A DNA stretch of 64,000 bases, taken from Eledone cirrhosa. Its lineage: Eukaryota. The notes below the pieces were generated by a model. The model ran no database searches, was not told the origin of the DNA, and was given only the letters and a program-made list of their open reading frames with translations. The translations under genes were made by a program, and so were the position numbers. Within the stretch, counting starts at the first letter, position 1; each line of letters opens with the position of its first letter. Below, piece by piece: positions 58,270 through 64,000 of the stretch. Where the stretch lies: the NCBI GenBank assembly GCA_964016885.1, contig OZ024742.1, positions 106,702,001-106,766,000 of the forward strand, given 5' to 3'.

Positions 58270-59795
58270 TTCTTCTGGTTTAATAATTTCACAAATGTTT
58301 GCCAATAGAGAGAGAGTCGGTTTCTAACATAGACACAAGACTCTCTCATTGGAATTTACACAACATCAACTAGCTAGATATGTATGTATGTCTGCATGCA
58401 TGCATGTGTAGATATGGATGTTATTGTATGTGTGGATGTGGATGTTTTGAGTTGTATGTGTGCATGCTTAGTACATGTGTATATGCAGTTATTAGACGCA
58501 TGTATGTATGCATGTATGTATGCATGTATCTATGCATGTATTCATTTATGTATGTATGCATGTAAGTATATATGTATGTATGTATGTATGCATGCATCTA
58601 TGTATGTATGTTCTGGTTTTATTATTTCATAAATCTTCACCAATAAAGAGCCAATTTCTTACATAGGCACAAGACTCTTCAATTGGATTTGAGACAACTA
58701 GGTAAATACGTATTGTGTGTGTGTGTGCGCGCGCGCGTGTGTGTGTGTGCGTGTGTGTGGGGTGGGGGTGGGGGTGCAGGTATGGATGTCATTGTATGTG
58801 TGGATGTTGATGTTTTGAGTGTACACATGTTTAGACATGCATATGTTTCTGTGTCTCCACATGTATATATGCAATTAGATGCAGAATTTATTAAATGTTT
58901 TACATATTTTTACAGTTCCATTAATGAACTGTATTTGCAACTTCCTAACTAGCCGTACTCTTTCTGGCTCCGTGAAACCCTCAAGATGTGTACTGAGGTA
59001 GTTAGTAACGTATCCAAGAGACCCAAGCTATAAATCTAACGGTACTCTCAGGGCGAAGTATCTGCAGATTCCTCATTAGTTCAGCATAAATGTTCTCCTT
59101 TTCGCTAATCTTTAACATTATATTGACATCTGCTGAGCAGCTAACTTCCACTATTGTGCATTTCTTCTTTTCCCTGTCCCATATCATTATGTTTGGTTCG
59201 TTGTATTTGCATTTTATTGGGACTTAGACGTAAACATTCCACCAGTGTTCGTTTATATTATGTTTGTATATATCCGCCACATTGCTGTAATTTTTATGTT
59301 TATTGTCGAGGCTATCTTTTCTACTGATTGTATTGTATAGTGTTCCGGCCACTACATCATGCCTTATATATGAACATCTATCCTGGCTAAATTCCATTCC
59401 TATATCTTTCAATAACGTTGTAACCAAGTCAAAGTTTTTCTTCATCCCATATATGTTCTTGGCATAGAGTTTCAGGTCATCCACAAAGAAGTTATTTGTT
59501 AGTTTTGTATTCCTGTCCTCCTGTGAACCAATTATGTATCCTTCATATTTCTTGAACAGAAAGAACAAGGGTTTTAATGAAAGTATAAATAATAACACAG
59601 AGAGACTGTCTCCTTGAAATATACCCCTGCGATATTCTATTTTATCAGTGAAAATAGAGTCCCCTTCTTCTGTATTTACCTTTAGGATATTGGCCCAAGA
59701 AGGTAGGAGATCTCTGTGGCTCTCATAATAGTGCCTGGGCCTTTAGCAAGTCGGGGGGGGGGCTCTATCATCCAAGAGTGGGGAACAGAATCAAA
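58270..59795 (-). mobile_element. Two R4/Dong fragments in (TATG)n: 3' end 58270-58500 and internally deleted copy 58611-59795
   Basis: AFDSVPHSW, NNFFVDDLKLY, CSYI fused directly to RHDVVA (~0.9 kb missing relative to 30280-31190), IVEVSCSAD. Confidence 0.85.
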
Positions 59796-60544
59796 TGCAC
59801 GCACGTATGTACGCATGTAGATAGACGGAGAGAGAGAGAGAGAGGGTGGTATCACGACAAAAGGCACCCAGTCTACCCCGTTAGGCGTGGTCAACAAGGT
59901 ACCAAGTCCTCCTTGTAAAGTAGTAGTGATGGTGCCACGAGTAAAGTTCCCAGTACATCCTGTTATGTGATTTGACGTTATGAAGAGCATACAGCCGTAG
60001 AAAACAAAGCCGAAGACAAATTTGTATTAAAAGACGTGATCATCTGACCTGGATAGCTTCATAACATAACAGCTTGTCTAACCCATGCAAGCGTGGAAAA
60101 TAGACGTTAAACGGCGATGATGTTTTTAACACGTATTACATTTAACGGTATCTTATAAACTCGCATAAGCACCTAAAGATTAGGTCACAATTTTGATCCC
60201 TCACATTCTGGAGATATGGTCAATATTAGGGCTTGAAACCTTAGGTGGCACTTCTGTTTCGTGTATGAACATAAATAAATAATATAATATATCAGCTCTT
60301 CCAGATTGAAAAAGGAAACCAGTGCTCAATCTGTATATATATATATATATAGAGAGAGATATTGGTATCTACCTGTCTATAGTAAGGCTAATAATGCTGT
60401 TTTTCAGGTAGTGCGGAAGTAAAAATTCCAACAAGATAAGAGTTTTTGTTCTTGTATTAGGTTATCGTCAAACTGGCTACAGAGTCATATATATATATGT
60501 TGAACAGTGAAAACAAAAGGCGAAGTTTAGTGCTTAATTAGTTC

Positions 60545-60679
60545 ATTGTTTTACGATCGTTTCAGACGGTTGATTGATCATGGTAAATCGATATAGTGAC
60601 TAATTGATAGCAGTTACACAACTCCATATTATTGGTCTCGATATAATAGATCCATCTCACTATCTTCGTCAAAGACAAT
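60545..60679 (-). ncRNA. Hammerhead motif (C3U) with ~100-nt stem II insert
   Basis: Minus strand: ATTGTCT-TTGACGA-AGATAG...CCGTCT-GAAA-C-GATC-G-TA/AAACAAT. Confidence 0.55.
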
Positions 60680-61249
60680 CATTTGTCTCATATTATATGC
60701 GTGAGCATGTGTGTGTGTGTGTGTGTGTGTGTGTATAAGAGTGTGTGTGTATTTGTGTTGTATGTTGTTGTCTAGATCCTGAATCGAGCAAATGCATGAC
60801 TATAGGCACTCTAACCATGACCACATAGTCTCTCCAAATATAATTGATGTAGCCTATCTAATCCAATATGTTTTTAAAGATAACAGAATATGATTTGAAT
60901 GTGATTTGGCTACCAATTCTAACATATCTGTCTAAGCGTGGCTTAGTGGTTAAAGAGTTAGGATCACAAGTTTTATTCCTGGTGTCAAGCTATATCGGCC
61001 CTTACTTTTCCCTTGAACAACATCATATCTAGTGCATATATGATGTATATATATCATATATAGTGTATGTATAAGTTGCGACGGCATTGGTACCAAGTTG
61101 TATCGGCCTCAGCTTTTCTCTAAGACAACATTGGTGGTGTGGAGATGGAATGTCTGTATACATGGCCGACTGTTGGTCTTCCATAAAAACATCTTGCCCA
61201 GGCTTGTGTCTCCCCCACCTCCTCTATCAGAACGCGTCTCACCCGCCGT

Positions 61250-61997
61250 TAGCTTTGCCTTTCATCCTTACGAGGTCGATTGGCAGTATCGGTAGAGGGT
61301 CGGACGCCACGCTTTGTCGCGTAGAGTTACGGCCCTTGCCATTCTGAGTTCAAATCCCGCCGAGGTTAACTTTGCCTTTCATCGTTACAGGGTCGATGAA
61401 ATAAAGTACCAGTAATGCACTGGGTAATTGCTGGCCTTGTGCCAAAAGTAGAAACAATTATTATTATTATTATTATGTTAGCGCGGTGAATTGGCAGTAT
61501 CGGTAAAGGGCCGGACGCCATGCTTTGAAGCATAGAGTTACGGCCCTTTACAGTCTGAGTTCAAATTCCGCTGAGGTTAACTTTGCCTTTCATCTTTACA
61601 GGAGTCGATAAAATAAGGTACCAGTCACGCACTAGGGTCGATTTAATCGACTTTCTCTTCACCCAAAATTGCTGGCCTTGTGCCTAACGTAGAAACAATT
61701 ATTTACAGTAACAACAACGATAATAATGGTTTCTTATATAGGCACAAGGCCAGCAATTTTGGGTGAAGAGAAAGTCGATTAAATCGACCCCAGTGCGTAA
61801 CTGGTACCTTATTTATCGACCCCAGTAAAGATGAAAGGCAAAGTTAACCTCAGCGGGATTTGAACTCAGACTGTAAAGGGCCGTAACTCTATACTTCAAA
61901 GCATGGCGTCCGGCCCTCTACCGATACTGCCAATTCACCGCCCTAACATAATAATAATAATTGTTTCTACTTTTGGCACAAGGCCAGCAATTACCCA
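61250..61997. mobile_element. tRNA-SINE cluster forming a large inverted repeat (61279-61474 +, 61481-61703 +, 61725-61944 -, 61951-61997 -)
   Basis: A/B boxes and (ATT)n tails; 61421-61690 mirrored at 61738-61997. Confidence 0.9.
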
Positions 61998-62689
61998 TAC
62001 TGTAAATAATATTTATTATATATTAATAAACTGATATTAGTCAGAGGATTGAATGTAAAAAAAAACCTGAATGAAATATCCATTAAACCCTAAGGGGCCA
62101 CACAATGAAGTAGAGACGAAATATCAACCAAACATGGAGTGTCCATGATTGCTACAACATCTTACATTAATTCCCGATATAATTCATGGATGTATGTTAA
62201 AGTAAGGAATTAATTGATAATGGTGATTTTAAAAAATTGCTTTTTTAATTACAAATAAAATACACAATATGCCTACAACACAGAAATATCAATTAATATG
62301 TATTTTTAAAACAAAATTAAAATAGTAAAAAAATTCGTATTAAAGAAGTTTATTCGAAAAAAAAAGAATATAATTTCAATAAAATACTAAAATAATTAAC
62401 AATAAAATATTAGAAACATAATTATTTTTTTTAAATATATAAAAGTTTTGTTTTCTTTTTTAGTTTTTTATTCACTTGTTCTGGTTTTTTTCATTGCTGT
62501 GTTTTGCTGCTGCTGCTGCTGGTGGTGCTGATGTTACTGCTGGAGGTAGTGGTGGTGGTGGTGGTGGTGGAAGGGTAGTTGAGAAATATTCAGTGAAAGA
62601 ATATCGTGACTAAAGTTTATTTTAAAACTAAATCTCTAAAAATAAAGTTAGAAATGTGATATTAATTTTAATTGACAAATGCAACCTAC

Positions 62690-62806
62690 CTGGCTGGAAA
62701 GATAAGGGTTTCCACCACACGCCGCCGCCTCGGCTGGCAAGTTAGCTGGGAACGGCAGCCACAACAACAATAGCAACGAATAACAGCACGATTATGATCC
62801 AATACC
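62690..62806 (-). other. Candidate 117-nt spliced exon of an unidentified host transcript
   Basis: Minus strand: pyrimidine tract CTCATATTCCCCCCTTCTCCACCTCTCATTACAG| then CAG|GTAGGT donor; length divisible by 3; one open frame (VLDHNRAVIRCYCCCGCRSQLTCQPRRRRVVETLIFPA). Confidence 0.45.
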
Positions 62807-63040
62807 CTGTAATGAGAGGTGGAGAAGGGGGGAATATGAGAATGAGTCGAATCGTCATCAACAGTATTTAGTTTAACACATAAAAAAACAACTGTTGTAG
62901 ATGATTATAACGAAAGAATGGCGAGAAGGAAAGTCAACGATTGCGACGGCGTCAACGACGATGGGACGAAGAAGAAGAAGTGAAGCGGACGAAATAAATA
63001 AATATGGACGTCGTAGTGATATACGGCGTATCTTACACAA

Positions 63041-63079
<39 letters not shown>

Positions 63080-63131
63080 CACATACATACATACATACAT
63101 ACATACATACATACATACATACATACATACA

Positions 63132-63162
<31 letters not shown>

Positions 63163-63817
63163 TTATGAGAGTAAGCTTATTCATAGAAATAGGGTCATTT
63201 ACAAACTAAATAGAGTACTCGATGTTTCAATAAGTGTAGTTAAATATATGGATCTATTTAAACATCAGTTTACAGGTTTATAAATCTGTTTCGATCATTT
63301 TGAGCTCTTCGTATCAATGAGAAAAATCCTTAGGTTGGTGGAATAGTTTAGAGGAAAGGGAAAAGAAATTAACTGAAACAGAAGTGAAAGTATAATATTA
63401 ACTCGATAAGAATGACTTAATTTAAAATTATAGCCATTTAAGACTATATTCAGGTTTGGAACTATGTATTTTTAGTGAGTGGTGAATGGTATTCAGAAAA
63501 AATGCTAATGAGAAACCAATATGATCGGTGAACTATATATAGAATTAAAAATAATAAAAAACATAACTTGGTTTAGTTCTCCGTTTTACGTAGCAGATGC
63601 TACACTCATTGCAAACATTTCCTTTAAACCACTGAAGTTACATTGCAAATCACATCATAAGTATTACCAAATCTTCAATAGAAATACTATTAAAATCTAT
63701 TACTGTGTTAGACCCTCTAACCCCACGGAATTGAATCAAACTAATATTATTAAATACATTGGCCCTACTTCTAATCATTTCATATGTTTTTAGCAGTATA
63801 TATATATACATTTAGCA

Positions 63818-63878
<61 letters not shown>

Positions 63879-64000
63879 CATTCCAGAAACAACACTTCAC
63901 TTTCCAGCTACATCTGGGATTTGAAGACAAGAAATTAAGAATACCACTTAAAATGAAACATCTTATCTAAAGCGAATTTATACAACAAAATTATGAACCT

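Overview
Eukaryotic, AT-rich, microsatellite-saturated DNA with no recognisable intact host gene; the SINE repertoire and repeat landscape resemble an octopod cephalopod (inference from recall, not a search). Nearly all long ORFs in the track are translations of simple repeats. The real content is mobile: a decayed R4/Dong-type LINE and six copies of a ~608-bp RTE-derived non-autonomous element in (TACA)n; many tRNA-derived SINEs at ATTATTT sites; CRE, CR1-like, RTE and hAT remnants; Helitrons; mariner and hAT MITEs. The most striking signal is that many short unique islands between (TA)n tracts carry type I hammerhead ribozyme (HHR) motifs: about 15 intact or single-variant cores plus several degenerate or half motifs in 64 kb, from several unrelated families. 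They occur in tandem (a 591-bp unit with a U3-A8 covariant core), permuted and fold-back arrangements, and are linked to Penelope-like GIY-YIG remnants. A second signal is that the dominant tRNA-SINE ends in a motif shared with the 3' UTR of the R4/Dong LINE, suggesting an unusual SINE-R4 partnership. All structures were read by eye and need computational confirmation.
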